Source: Phoronis australis (taxonomy: Eukaryota > Animalia > Phoronida). Taken from it: 64,000 nt of DNA. Shown here piece by piece: positions 50,336-62,500 of this stretch. Each line of letters opens with the position of its first letter. Positions within the stretch are counted from its first letter, which is position 1. The stretch lies in the NCBI GenBank assembly GCA_002633005.1, contig NMRA01000043.1, positions 530,902-594,901 of the forward strand, given 5' to 3'. The position numbers were made by a program, and so were the translations under genes. The notes below the pieces were generated by a model. That model was not told where the DNA came from, did no database searches, and saw only the letters and a program-made list of their open reading frames with translations.

Positions 50336-51026
50336 GCTAAGTACCTCGCTAGTCATATTTCTTATCATCAAACCATCGGCCGAAAAGATCTGTGGTTTTC
50401 TGTTGAGCCCAGACAGTCCAAAGTTGCCCCACATACCAACTCCGGATGGTCTCTCACGACGATTTAACGTTATGTTACCTTAGTTTGTAACAGGATATAC
50501 TTAACAGCTAGCAAGTTTTCGTTATACCTATCACCTTCATTGAGTTTGTTGTTTTTGTCATTTGGTTTGATCGGATGTTTTGCAATGAATTGGTATGCAA
50601 TTATGCTTGCAGCAAGACAACACAAGGTGTAATTGCCGACACCATTTTAATGTGCCAGTTGACATGAGGAGAGTAAACAGATAGTGCTAATGATGCCAGG
50701 CGTGGCTCTAAAAATATCTGTGTGGCAAGTGAAGCAAGGGATACTCCGATAAAAATGCCTCCACGTGGTCCCCTTATCACTCGAACACCTCACCGCCATG
50801 CCAGTGAACTGCTTTAGCTTCTTAATCTATTCAAATGCCAAAAAGAGGGACCTTTACTTATTAGCCCCACCTAATGAAAATTGTGTTGCCCACAATAGTG
50901 CATGAGAAAGGCATACAGTGCATGAGAGTTGATGAGAAATAGGCTACTAATGACAACAGTTGGTGAAAGAGGACGACTACCTCTGGATGTATGTTTTTGG
51001 TGTTCACCACTTGCCCTCTCACTCAC

Positions 51027-51200
51027 CCAATACATAAATGGTTCCGTAATACTTGACCACGCCCATAGCACACATTGCTACTGGAAGCTCCGGTCCAAAT
51101 GTCCAGCTGTCCACCACTGGATCATAGATCTCCACTGAGTTAACACAACTTTCCGGCGACTTATCTTTCAACCATGAGTTGGTGATTTCCGTGAATCCGC
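51027..51200 (-). CDS. Kelch protein, coding exon 8
   Basis: GGFTEI...SVEIYDPVVDSWTFGPELPVAMCAMGVVKYYGTIYVLG; ttttag| acceptor and G|gtgagt donor. Confidence 0.93.
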
Positions 51201-51802
51201 CTAAAAGTGATAAACATATTAAATTTCAGTGAATAAGAGGTTTTGATAGACTATCTAGTCTCTTCACGTGTTTGTGTTAAAAATCCCATAGAAAAAATTG
51301 CTATATTCACATATTAATACGAAAGAATTTATAATTTACTACTGACATGCAGAAATGACATCTGAACCCAGTGCCGGGATTTTTGTACTAAAAAGTTAGT
51401 AATAGCAAAAACATTGCCACCAGACGTGACCTTTTGAAGATCCTTAAAAAGCAATTCAAGAGTCAACAAAACTTAACAAATCGCTTCGGTGGATAAACCT
51501 CTGGCAGTTCAAGTTGACTTTAACTACAGACAAAAACACTGAACACATGAGATCACAAATCACCATCTTGGAAGAATTATGCGAAGTTTGCAATTTAACT
51601 TAAAACTAAAATGAACAAATTCATATTATCAACATAACTCAAAATATTTTATCCGTAACCTGACAAATACTTCCTTGCAGTAGACACATTTTGCCAAGAA
51701 AAACGAGTGCCTAGTGAGGGTAGGGTGACTGGAAACAAAATATTTCAAGTATGGTCTTATTTAATAGACAGAAAATACTACATGAAAATGCGTAGAACTA
51801 AC

Positions 51803-51903
51803 CTATGGTATAAATCTTGTCCTTGTGTACAACACAGCCTGCCAAACACCTGGCTATGTTCATATCTGACAACCGAGACCATTTGTCTTTGGTAGCGTCA
51901 TAA
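51803..51903 (-). CDS. Kelch protein, coding exon 7
   Basis: YDATKDKWSRLSDMNIARCLAGCVVHKDKIYTIG; ttccag| acceptor and G|gttagt donor. Confidence 0.92.
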
Positions 51904-52044
51904 CTGGAAACAGATTTCGTCCATTACTCACAACATCCTAATGTAAAGTCAAAGGTGAGCCATGTTCTAATTTTTAAGTGAGAATTTGCAGGACTACAGA
52001 GGTTAAAAAAATCCACAACTTGAAATTAAACAAGTTTAAGTTAA

Positions 52045-53413
52045 AGGATATTTCAAACCTTATTCACAAAAACTGTCCATTTTTACAATATTTCACGTGT
52101 CTTTATTCTCGGGAACTTAAAATACAAAATATATAACACATGGGAAAAAAGATTTAGCAGAACCACCTTGGAATCGTACAACTGTGTGGATATTTGTTTA
52201 ACTTCTCCAAGGTCAAAGATTAAAGGCCGTTCAATCAAATCGAATCTCCCGCCAGGTACAGAAAAGCTTCATATACCCCCCAGTCCTTTCATTCACAAAG
52301 TTGCCACAACATTGAGTCAACGAGGTGTACTTATGATAGAATGGTGCTGGGAAAACAAAGACAAAACGTAGATTTGATCCTAAGGGAGTTGTGCGTCTAC
52401 ATGAATACGACCGTTGGCGTTGAAAACCAATGCCACGAGTTGCCTCAGGCCTCATGAACACAGCAAGTTGTGAAAAAAGATCAATCGTCACCCTAATTCC
52501 TTAATTCAGTTAATAAATTGACATTTCGGTGTTTCGATCTCATGGTAACGACATACTTTAATCACTGAATCGATTTTTGTTTTCCATTTCTTACTTGGTT
52601 TCGTATCAGTCTCCCAGCACATGACTTGTACAGGCTAACAATAAACTGCGACCTACTTAAAAAGTAGGTCACAAACAACAGTATTGAGTTGGCTGGGAAC
52701 AGTACGTTTTTAATGATAATTAAGATACTTACGAACTGCAAAATCAGTTGACATTGCGAGTGAATGTTGAAATAGCTAACATAGTATAGGTTATGAATAC
52801 CGAAAACAAGTTTTCACCGAATAATTAACCGAAGACTTCGAGATTTTCACTTGTCCCAGTTTGATCAGCTTTTTTCGGCTTCAGTAAATCGACTTTATTC
52901 GAACTTAGGAACACTAGTTCTCGAAAACGGTAAGATGGATTTCACTGAAACTTTCCAAACTTAATAATTAGTCATCACTCTCAAAAACACTGTCAGGATT
53001 TTTGATATAAAGGCCTAGTTTTTGCATAATGTGACGAAGACGAATAAGATTTCAATTTTTTACAAAAATACCTTTACATTTTGTGAGCTCATTTGTCATA
53101 GAAACCAAATGAACAGACTAATTGAAATTTTCTAACAGCGTTTTTGAGGTAACTAGTGAAGTTTTCATTTAGAAAAGGTTTCATTCAAATCGACGGAGGG
53201 GTTATTTTGCTAGGAATGTACCTTATTAAATATGAAATTCTGACAAAAAAGTTTTTACATAAAAATAATAATGGCACATAAATACAAAAGGCATATCTAT
53301 ATTTCCTGGTCTTTGTTCTTTTAGAAAATATATACTTTTACTAGTTGACAAAGCTTAGTTTTTTCGATATACGAGTTAGAATGGAGGTCACTAAATAAGG
53401 TTGGAGATAACCT
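52045..53413. mobile_element. Kolobok-like non-autonomous element
   Basis: Imperfect TIRs AGGATATTTCAAACCTTATT / AATAAGGTTGGAGATAACCT with TTAA/TAAA flanks. Confidence 0.65.
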
Positions 53414-53855
53414 TAAAGAGAATACGTAACAGACTCAGTTCAACTTGAGGACATGAAATACATGATGTCTTGTGTTATAAGAATGTTGAAAACTTGAAAA
53501 ACAATGATTTGAAAATATCACATCTGCTTCATACTAAGCAAGATTGACCAAATAACAAACAAATGACATTGAAATGTCAAAAAAAAAAAAATTCAAATAG
53601 TCATCAATTGGATAAAATTATTCAGTTAGATTTCTGACCAAGTTTCCTTCATCACACTAACTATCTATAATAATAAACACCAGGGTTTGTGGTATGACTT
53701 TTGAACTCAAGACTCACTCAGGGCTTGAAATGTAATCAATCATGCTGAATGATTCAAGTACAAATTTGTAAGTTTACTCAAACCGTGCCTGCAATTGGTC
53801 AATTTTTGAGTCAAGGTTTGAGTAGAGATTAGACCCTAGGCTCAGAAATTGTTGG

Positions 53856-54010
53856 AAATGGCCGTCATGACTGAGCGCACAATAGCTTTCATGGCGACAC
53901 GTGGTGGGTCATTACTCCTCACGGTGATTAAATTATATTCAATAAATTTAGGCGTGTAATGCGAGAAGTCTGACGGTCTAGCTGAAAAGCATGTAAATTT
54001 CACCATGATG
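53856..54010. promoter_or_regulatory. Candidate ancient conserved non-coding enhancer (SoxB2-CNE-like)
   Basis: Dense motif cluster: CACAATAG (Sox), CACGTG, several TAAT/ATTA, GTCTGAC and GTCTAG (Smad-type), ATGTAAAT (POU). No TIR or repeat structure. Resemblance to the SOX14/SOX21 CNE is from recall and has not been aligned. Confidence 0.5.
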
Positions 54011-54043
54011 TCTGATGAAAAGAAACCGACTCAATGAAATTAC

Positions 54044-54160
54044 CAATACAATGCATTGCTGATTTCCTTCTTGCCGCGGCCAGGTTTTTTGTTGCACATC
54101 TTCTCACACTCTCCTCCGAATACATACAGCTTGCCTTTATAGGAGATAGCACAGAAACAC
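54044..54160 (-). CDS. Kelch protein, coding exon 6
   Basis: CFCAISYKGKLYVFGGECEKMCNKKPGRGKKEISNALY; ttgtag| acceptor and TG|gtaatt donor. Confidence 0.9.
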
Positions 54161-54698
54161 CTACAATGGAGTGACAGTAGTAACACAGGAATACATAGAG
54201 AAGGCAGGAGTGACAAGCAGTACTACTTGGTGCACTCGCCTTGCAACGTCCTTCAGTAATATGTCACCGCGCATCAATCTTCAAGGTTATGCACTGCAGG
54301 AGCCTACACAAATTCCAAATTTTGCTAATTTCGGAATGTCACATCTCCAGAATGGCTGATCAGATTCAAATGAAAGTTTCTGATAAAATATTTTATCTGC
54401 TTTTCTACAAAATGATGAATTGTTTTTAAAATGGTACAATTGGAAACAGAGGCTATCAAAAATAACACTGACTTTCACGGAAAAAATAAAGTTGTACAGT
54501 CAAAGAGAAAAACAAAATATTGAGAAAACTAAAACCACGTTTACGAGACTTTATCTTGAACATTTAAATGTATATCAATGAAAATTGGTCCTGTTATTGA
54601 TGCCATTGTTTTGTTATAAAAGCACCTTTCTTTTTGCCAATTAACTTGACTAGAAACATAATGGGAAAGTGACACAATAAATGGTAGATTATCAACAA

Positions 54699-54918
54699 AC
54701 AATGTCTGATCTACCTGAGAGCCTTAGGCATGGGTGTCACCTTTTCACAACACACAATGTCTGATCTACCTGAGAGCCTTAGGCATGGGTGTCACCTTTT
54801 CACAACACACAATGTCTGATCTACCTGAGAGCCTTAGGCATGGGTGTCACCTTTTCACAACACACAATGTCTGATTTACCTGAGAGCCTTAGGCATGGGT
54901 GTCACCTTCTCACAACAC
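54699..54918. repeat. 55-bp unit x4 copying the exon 5 3' end and its donor site
   Basis: ACAATGTCTGATCTACCTGAGAGCCTTAGGCATGGGTGTCACCTTTTCACAACAC in tandem. Confidence 0.96.
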
Positions 54919-55017
54919 TCCTCCTCAAGGTCATAACGCAGCATACTGGACAGGTTGCCCATGTCATCGCAGCCTCCTAGGATGAAGACAGCGCCATCTA
55001 CCTGTACCAGACAACAC
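54880..55017 (-). CDS. Kelch protein, coding exon 5
   Basis: CCLVQVDGAVFILGGCDDMGNLSSMLRYDLEEECCEKVTPMPKAL; tcacag| acceptor and AG|gtaaat donor. Confidence 0.9.
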
Positions 55018-55290
55018 CTGTGAAGATGAACATGTGTTCAGAAAGCTCAACTGGAAGAAGTGTGCGAGACACTTTGTTAATTGAAACCTGATGGAATGTA
55101 ATCATTTAAAGAACTATTAAGGTATGACACTCAATTCAGAGTTTTTAACAGAGTCAGTAAGAATTCCTAATTTCGCATTACTATACTCTAAAATAAGTGC
55201 AGTCTGATGCTGGGTCCATTATGAATTGAAGTCAATGATTTTGACTAGTGTTATTAGGTGAATATTAGTGCAGACTGCAAAAATACTTAC

Positions 55291-55405
55291 TGTTTCCGAG
55301 AAACAGACATGTTGCACAGAGATTCGAATGTGTTATCTTCCGGCACCCATTTATAGATTGCTCTACCATCTTCATCGCCACCAGCCAAAATCAATTCATT
55401 GTCGC
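55291..55405 (-). CDS. Kelch protein, coding exon 4
   Basis: DNELILAGGDEDGRAIYKWVPEDNTFESLCNMSVSRK; tttttag| acceptor and CA|gtaagt donor. Bridges phase 1 to phase 2. Confidence 0.9.
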
Positions 55406-55689
55406 CTAAAAAAGAAAATTTCTCATGAACAGATCAACATGAATAAAAATTCTAACATATATGTTGAATGGATGATAGATTCTAACATACATGTTCAATG
55501 GATGATAACCATTTTCAGATATAGCGGCAACATAAATGAAATATGTCCTGTCGCTAGATGGCGATACCGTAATGAGTAGACAGCATTTTGCATTATTAAA
55601 TGGAGACTTAATGCAGTGGGATTTCCAAGATTTTTTAAGAATTCCCTGCTACCGTTCAAAAATTCCAAAGTTTTGAAACGCGCGTACAT

Positions 55690-56531
55690 GAAAGAAATTG
55701 CATTTTGTCCCTGTCTTAAATAAACTCTAAATCTCTTTCAATTGTTTCCACCATCTTAGGGCACACGAGCCTCACCGCAAAAAAAAAATTGGCACTAAGG
55801 GTTGCCACAGTTGTCGAACATGTCCGAAAATCAGTGTTAGCTGCAGTCTTCTCATAAGGAAACCATCTGCCCATTTTCATAATGATCCTTTAAGTGGTTT
55901 GGTAGATAAAAAGGCGGATATCAAAAACATACTCAATTTTTTATAAATTACCACCACGTCAAATCACTACGTCAAATCCACCTGAAAAGGATAAGACGCC
56001 ATTGACTCTTTAATAGATAACTATTTGCCAGATTTCATGAAAATTCCGCATAGAACTCCCAAGATACAGCGACAAAACTTAAAAACTAATACTGCCACTA
56101 GGGGCCACACCATTAGTCGGATTGGTCTGAAACTGTTATCATCTTCATAGGAACATATCTACTATATTTTACAAAGTTCCTCCAAAAAGTAAAGGAAATA
56201 CAGCCCTGTACGCAAAAAACATTGCCACTAAGGGTTGCCACAGTAGTCAAACCCATACAAAAATCTGTGTCAGCGCAGTCTTCTTATCTGGAACACATCT
56301 GCCAACTTTCATGATGATCCTTTGAGTGGTTTGGGGGGATAGGAAGGCAGGAGTCAAAAACAAACTCAAAATTCTTTTAAATTGCCACCAGGTCGCACAG
56401 AATATATGTCAAATCCACCCAAAAATGGGAAGGTGTCATCGTCTCTTTTACTTGCTAAATTTCATGAAAATCCATCGAGGAACTCTAAAGATACATAGGC
56501 AAATGTAAAAAAAACTAAAAGTGCCACTAGG
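55690..56531 (-). mobile_element. Diverged HINE internal-repeat fragment
   Basis: Tandem units carrying GCCACTAGGG / GCCACTAAGGGTTGCCACAG, similar to the reverse complement of the 16.8-19.5 kb array. Confidence 0.75.
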
Positions 56532-56643
56532 GACATAGTTGCACTGGCTATAATATTACAAATGAAGAGAAACATTATACAAAACTTTTTATACATTTTC
56601 TTGAAACTAGATTACTTCTGTATACTGCTTTAAATTCTACTAC

Positions 56644-56813
56644 CTGTGACCAACAAGGCGGGGTTTTCTAGGTCAGATGGAAGGTCACAGACCACAACGC
56701 CGTGACGAGAGGCCACCTCTTCACACCTCTGACCATAAACAAGAAGTACCTGTTTCTTATCATCATCTGAGTATGACGTGTAGAGAATTACACGGCAGTA
56801 GTCTTCGCCATAC
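56644..56813 (-). CDS. Kelch protein, coding exon 3
   Basis: YGEDYCRVILY...CDLPSDLENPALLVTG; gttcag| acceptor and G|gtaagt donor; phases are consistent. Confidence 0.88.
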
Positions 56814-56918
56814 CTGAACAAAAAGATCACCAAGGGGCTCTCAACATACTCCAGGTAAATATTCAAGGCATTAAAAGTGACAAATTAAAACAGCTACTCA
56901 GTGGTCATTAGGTCGAAC

Positions 56919-57001
56919 AAAGGGTGATCATTTCAAAGGGTGATCATTTCAAAGGGTGATCATTTCAAAGGGTGATCATTTCAAAGGGTGATCATTTCAA
57001 A
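56919..57001. repeat. Minisatellite, 16-bp unit x5
   Basis: AAAGGGTGATCATTTC, perfect tandem. Confidence 0.96.
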
Positions 57002-57871
57002 TCGGGGGTCAATATTTACCCATCTGCCCATGACATTTCTGAAGAACTTATTGATACATTTCCAGATTTTCTAACAAAATAGATGATTCATTTGCAATCG
57101 TGAAAGTTAGATACCTGAACATTTCAGTACCTCAGTGATGACTTCAGTCACAGGAACTGCAAATGAATGCTTTGAAATTGTTCAGCACTGTGGTAACATT
57201 CTCCAGTTTGAGACAGTCTCAAGAATTTGGGACATAGAAATTTAAGCAGAAATTGATTTTTTTTTAATTCTGAAGATTGAAGCAAGGGCAATTTTGGCAT
57301 TCATCATAATTCTTAGATTTCAGATAATAATAATAATAACCTAAGAATCAGACAATTTATATTGAATCTAAGAGTCAGAAAATAAACTTGGCAGTTCACG
57401 AAAGCTTTGATCATAGCCGGTGACGCAACATTTTTATGCATCCAATAATTTGCAACATGGAGGTGAATGATTGTTTAGTTTAAAGTGAAACTTGCATACT
57501 AATTCCTATTCTCTGTGATTGCTTGGTCACACAGACACACAACATATAGTGAAGTAGTTTGAAAATTGACACGTTTTCAAGAAAGAGTTTTTTCACTCAA
57601 CCGTGTCTAGTAAGTATTGTGACGTAGTGTTGGGGAATACTGCATGATGAGGGTTATGTGAGCCCCCAAGGTATGACATTAGTCCAAAGGTCATCTATTT
57701 GCAAATTCTTTTTTTTGTTTTCACATTTAGAAATTGTCAGTAAATACAACTTTACTTTGTTTAGCTACGATGTTCAAATAGCATTGTAGTAACTGCTATA
57801 CATTACCATAGTTAGGAGCATTCAAATACATCTTTAACTAACTGTCCAATCTCAGTAGAGTGGTTAAATAC

Positions 57872-58141
57872 CTGGGATTCAAGCTGAGATCAAATTGGTT
57901 CCATCGGTGCTTTAACAACTTGCACTCGATGACCTCATCAAAGATTTTTGTCATCTCCATGTTCCTGCCGAGTAGCGGGTTGCTCTTAACATTATCATAG
58001 AAGTAGTGTTCATCTATCAGGGCATAGCTAACCCTACGGAAGACTTTTACCATCTCTGACTGTCTACTTTCTGGATCATGTTTCAGCCACCGTAGTGCAG
58101 CCTCAAAAACATCTTCTTCAGTGGCCTGAATGTCCACGTAC
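57872..58141 (-). CDS. Kelch protein, coding exon 2 (BACK domain C-part)
   Basis: EEDVFEAALRWLKHDPESR...LNPR; gctcag| acceptor and AG|gtattt donor. Confidence 0.93.
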
Positions 58142-58720
58142 CTGAGCAAATGTACAAAATAACAAACATTTCCAGTTCCCTTGAAAACTGCATTCAAAAC
58201 CAGTAGAGGCAGCACATTAAGGCGCAGATGACACAAACTTTGTAAATTGTTACAAAACTTTAATTTTCAAATGCTAAATTAGTCTTAGACTCTTTTGAAG
58301 CTCATCTGCCCTGTTTGGCTGGCTAAAAACGAAATTATGAGGAATTTGCATATCATACTCATGAAATTGATCTCAAAATGCTCCTTACCAAGATAGAATT
58401 CTATTTCCAATACCAACAAGAACTTCAATAAACACTGCAAAGCATATTTTTTAGTTGATGAGATCAAAATTTTCAAGTCGGAGTAAGAGGCCAAAACAGG
58501 CTGAAATGTGGCTTAAAAACAAAATTCATTAAATTTCCATCTTACTAAGACATTGTAACTGAAAAATCAGACAAAACCTTTGATTCAGTTTTGATAACTT
58601 TACAAATTTTTTCATCTGGTGCTATTCCCGCACATATTTTTAACTACAAACCAAAACAAATTGACAAGGCACTCTACAACTCGATTTTTATAATCAGCAA
58701 TAAAAAATATTACAACTTAC

Positions 58721-59424
58721 TTGATAATATCTTGCACATTTGTAGCTGACAATGACAGGAACTCTTGGTTTTGAGTGACCTCATTGAACTTGTCACCGAT
58801 CGTTTCAAACGCAGCGAACTCAAGGTCTCTGCATGAGTGAGCAATAGCAAAGAAATAGACGCCGATACAATTATCACTGTCCAGTTGTCTCTCCATGAAC
58901 TTTGCACAACCATCGAGTAATTTTGGTAAGCGAAATAGATTGGCTGCAGCCAACAGATTTTGCACAGTTTCGTTCCTCAGCTCTACTTGCCCGGTATACA
59001 GGTACTGAAGAATCAGCTCCATGGTCACCGCGTCCATGTCTTTGATCTCCACCTTATCCTTGTTTTTTTCTGCCAGTCCTGATGTAAACATGGCTCTGAA
59101 GTAGTCGCACGAGGCAGCAAGCATAACACGGTGACACATAAACTCCGAGCCGTCAACCAGAAGAGATATATCATAGAGCTGTTTGTTGTCATACAGTTCT
59201 TGAAAGCCTGTAAAGCACTTAACTCCTCGCTCCTTGTCTTGAAACAGATTGCTGTGTTCTACCTCAGTCAGTGAGGGCAACATCTCTGTGCCGTCATGAG
59301 CATCACATTCCTTGTCCCATAATGCTGAGTGACGTTGTGTCGGAGACACTCCACGCGCTCCTTGTATGACACGCTGCGAATCCTCATGGTACTGGACCAC
59401 AGGGTGACTGGAATGTTCCTCCAT
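58721..59424 (-). CDS. Kelch-like (KLHL/KBTBD family) protein, coding exon 1 (BTB and BACK domains)
   Basis: LYDISLLVDGSEFMCHRVMLAASCDYFRAMFTSGLAE...YLYTG...LDSDNCIG...EFLSL. Acceptor tag| immediately before the ATG; donor AA|gtaagt. Confidence 0.95.
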
Positions 59425-60849
59425 CTAAGAAGAGTACAGAATATAAATGCCACAAAGTTAGAGCCATTTATGAGCATAAGAGAATACTACATACTCTTAC
59501 GCCCAATTCAATTTTCATTTTTAGCCAGCTTAATCAAGAAGAAATACAAAAAAATGTCAGAACTGAACAAAATGTAGAATTCCCTTAATAAGACTGCAAC
59601 TGAGTACTAAGGCTTAGGTCTTTGAGTGAATGCAAAGTGGTTCAGTAGTTGATGCATGAGCAGACACTTTCTCCTTTTGAAGAACTATTGATCAATGAGA
59701 AAAATTTACACCAAGTAATCAATAACTTTTGTTCTTGGTGCCAGTTGACATTAACAGAAAAAAGTGTCATCCATATTTAGTGCATAAGTTATTCATTGAA
59801 CCAGCTTATCAAGACGATTTTGCAGCAAACTGTTAATTATTAAGTCGCAAGAAAAACTCTCAATTAAAAAAAATCCATTCATTACCTCAAAAGCAAAGTA
59901 TGGTGGAAGCAACAGCCAATCTGTAAACTCTTAATCTGTTTTTCCCTTAAATTTTGTGTACGTCATCTTACATTAACAGGTTTTGACTGAAGACAGCAGG
60001 AATTATTGCTCTTGTCTTGTATTTGAATATACGTCCTTTCAATTTAGGGGCCTCCTAGTTATGGATTATTAAGGATTCAACTGCTGTTCTTTTTCTGTTT
60101 TGATAAAATTATACATACTTTAATTTGTGAGCCCCCTCTCAAAGGTACCCCCAATGATGTAATCAATTGTAAATCTTTTCTTGCTCTTAATTGAATACCG
60201 TAATCTATACATATTACGGGACTTTCCTCAGTCAGGGACCCCTCTTGGAAAGGAGCCTGAGAGTAATTGCCCTCACCCCAAAAAAAATATCCGGAGCTGA
60301 CATCATACTTAGATTTCAAACAATTATCAGTATGTCTCAAAGTCAAGCCGTATTCTAAGCTTGGTAAAACCAGCTAGATACATCATGGTAAAAATTTGGA
60401 AGAGACACTCAGGAATGAGTTTCAATTGTTTGTATGGCAAACTGTATTTTCAGTAGTACTGCTAACAACTTAACAATCACAATCTGGTCAATTCCCAACT
60501 TGTTTGTGAGTGATACTGTGTATTGTCATAACAGCAAGCGCCTGATGAGATGGACTATGACCACCGTTTCTATTGGACTTGGAGACAGTGAAGCTCCTAT
60601 AATCGCTTCATACGCTAGAAGCTTTTCGTCAAATTAGGTTGCTGACCGTAATATATTGGGTACAAAATAGGACCACAAAGGTGCAAACAACTCAAGTTTA
60701 TTTTCAAGATGGACGACTGACAAAACTGTCCATAATGCAGTGGTAAACTAACTACAACTTGAGAAACCAGGTGGCAGCACCAGATAGAGTGCTCAATACT
60801 CTACACCGTCAATGTGTAGTGTGCGCAGTGTTAAAAATAGCCAGTTGCC

Positions 60850-61130
60850 GATATGGGCAACTGAACAAAGGACAGTTCGAAAAAAATTGATTACGTGACT
60901 ATTTGTTTGAAGTGGAAGGAATTAAAGACATCTATGAGTTCTGTCCTAAGGCTATGTCCTTCTACTACTAGTAATGCGGAAAAGCCAAAGGTACTTATAA
61001 CAACGTCAACAGGACTTTGATGTTTTAACCAATGTGAAGCATAATTCCCCGAAAAGCTTCCGGCGTATGAAGTGTCTATAGCGAGTAAAGGCTCTTCACC
61101 GTCTCTAAAGGCCAGTAGACACTGTCTTCA
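60850..61130 (+). repeat. Diverged dispersed duplicate of ~63410-63680
   Basis: Shared blocks AAGGAC.GTTCGAAAAAA.TTGATTACG, TGGAAGGAATTAAAG and GCATAATTC.CC.AAAAGCT.CCGGCG.ATGAAG. Confidence 0.7.
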
Positions 61131-61439
61131 CTGTCTACTGAAAGTGCCTGTGCAATGACAATTCATATTTAGAGAATTTAATTTACCACGCCTACTTCAA
61201 GGCCCGGACTTTGACGCTGTAAACAGGTAAAGTAAAAGTAAACATAAAATGTTTCTTTTACATCGGTATAAAACAGGTTAACAGCAAAACAGTAACACAA
61301 GTGCTAGGGACCGATATAAAATGAGAAATCAATGTACAAAAGAGGTAGGAGTGCAATGTACACCAAGTATACAAACGTACATGACTTATCAAGCATCAAA
61401 AGACAGTACTTGACAGCGTAGGCAAAGTTGGCATTCACA

Positions 61440-62116
61440 AGTTTGATGTATATGGCAACTTAACTCATTAATAAAGGTATTAAGATCTTGGTAACATATA
61501 CATTCGGGTAACTTGTTCCATAAAGATACCCCCATGGTGGTGAATAGAATTAAGCCCATAGGATGTCGTGGCGAACCTTCCAGCACGGTGCTCCTTCTCT
61601 CCCCCCCCCCACAGGAGGACAATAATTAAAATATGACCAAATAAATACATAGTAAATCTTCCACTTAGTGTCTGTATCCACTTAAATGAAGCATACGGAA
61701 CAACAAAGACACATATTTTGCTGCTTTGGCACAGAGGTTGTCCACAAGTTCATGGACGTTTCAGTCAATGTACACACCAAACAGATTAACAGAATTCTCA
61801 CATGTAATAATATTCCTGCCAACATAAAGAAACTTTTCAAAAGCATAGAGCGTTATCTCTACTAAGTTTGTAAGACTGTAAGAGTGACAGTTTTGAATTT
61901 TTCAGTTTAAGTAGCAAACATAAATTGTCAATCCATCTCTTTTCCTTTGTCCATAGAATTGTCACAGTGTACAAGTATATTGTCATCTGCGTAATGATTG
62001 TAAAGCTTGCACTTGCCTTCAAGTATATAGAAAATGTCATTTATGAAAACATTGGATAGCAGAGGACCCAGCCTCCCAGGATAGAACCTAGGCTTAGCCT
62101 TTCTTTGGGGCACACC
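61440..62116 (-). mobile_element. Decayed LINE (CR1/L2-like) reverse transcriptase 3' fragment
   Basis: GVPQ...LGPLLSNVFINDIFY...YADDN and a C-terminal LWNKLP, with frameshifts and stops. Confidence 0.85.
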
Positions 62117-62201
62117 TTTTAGGCAATAGCTACAAGCAGTAGGCCAAAATAATCATTCAGTTATAGACAGGATACGTGTGGTATTGGTAATACTAACTCA
62201 C

Positions 62202-62500
62202 CTGAAACAATGAAGTTTCAAGAAGAGACAAGTCCGATCATAAGCTGCAGGAAAGTTACTCATAAAAATTAATCGGCGTTGGAAATTTCGTATCGAGAAA
62301 TAAGCGGAAACAGATGAGGACATCTGGTATCAAATTGTGAAATTACAATCGCGATCTTGTGCTCGGCTGCACAATGCTGGCCAAACTTCCGAAGTAGTTG
62401 ACGAGAACTTCATCCTAAAAAATAACACAGTTGGTCCGACTAATTCAGTATCTATAATTTCACAATAACTCCAAGCATTTTTGGGACTCAAAAAGCCATT
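62202..62500 (-). other. Candidate 5' UTR exon of the Kelch gene (5' end approximate)
   Basis: Consensus donor CAG|gtgagt at 62201 in a CpG-enriched region. An upstream exon is required by the acceptor at 59425. Confidence 0.55.

Noticed and set aside
54011-54030. CTGATGAAAAGAAAC hammerhead-like core
   Set aside because: No room for stem II between CTGATGA and GAAA.
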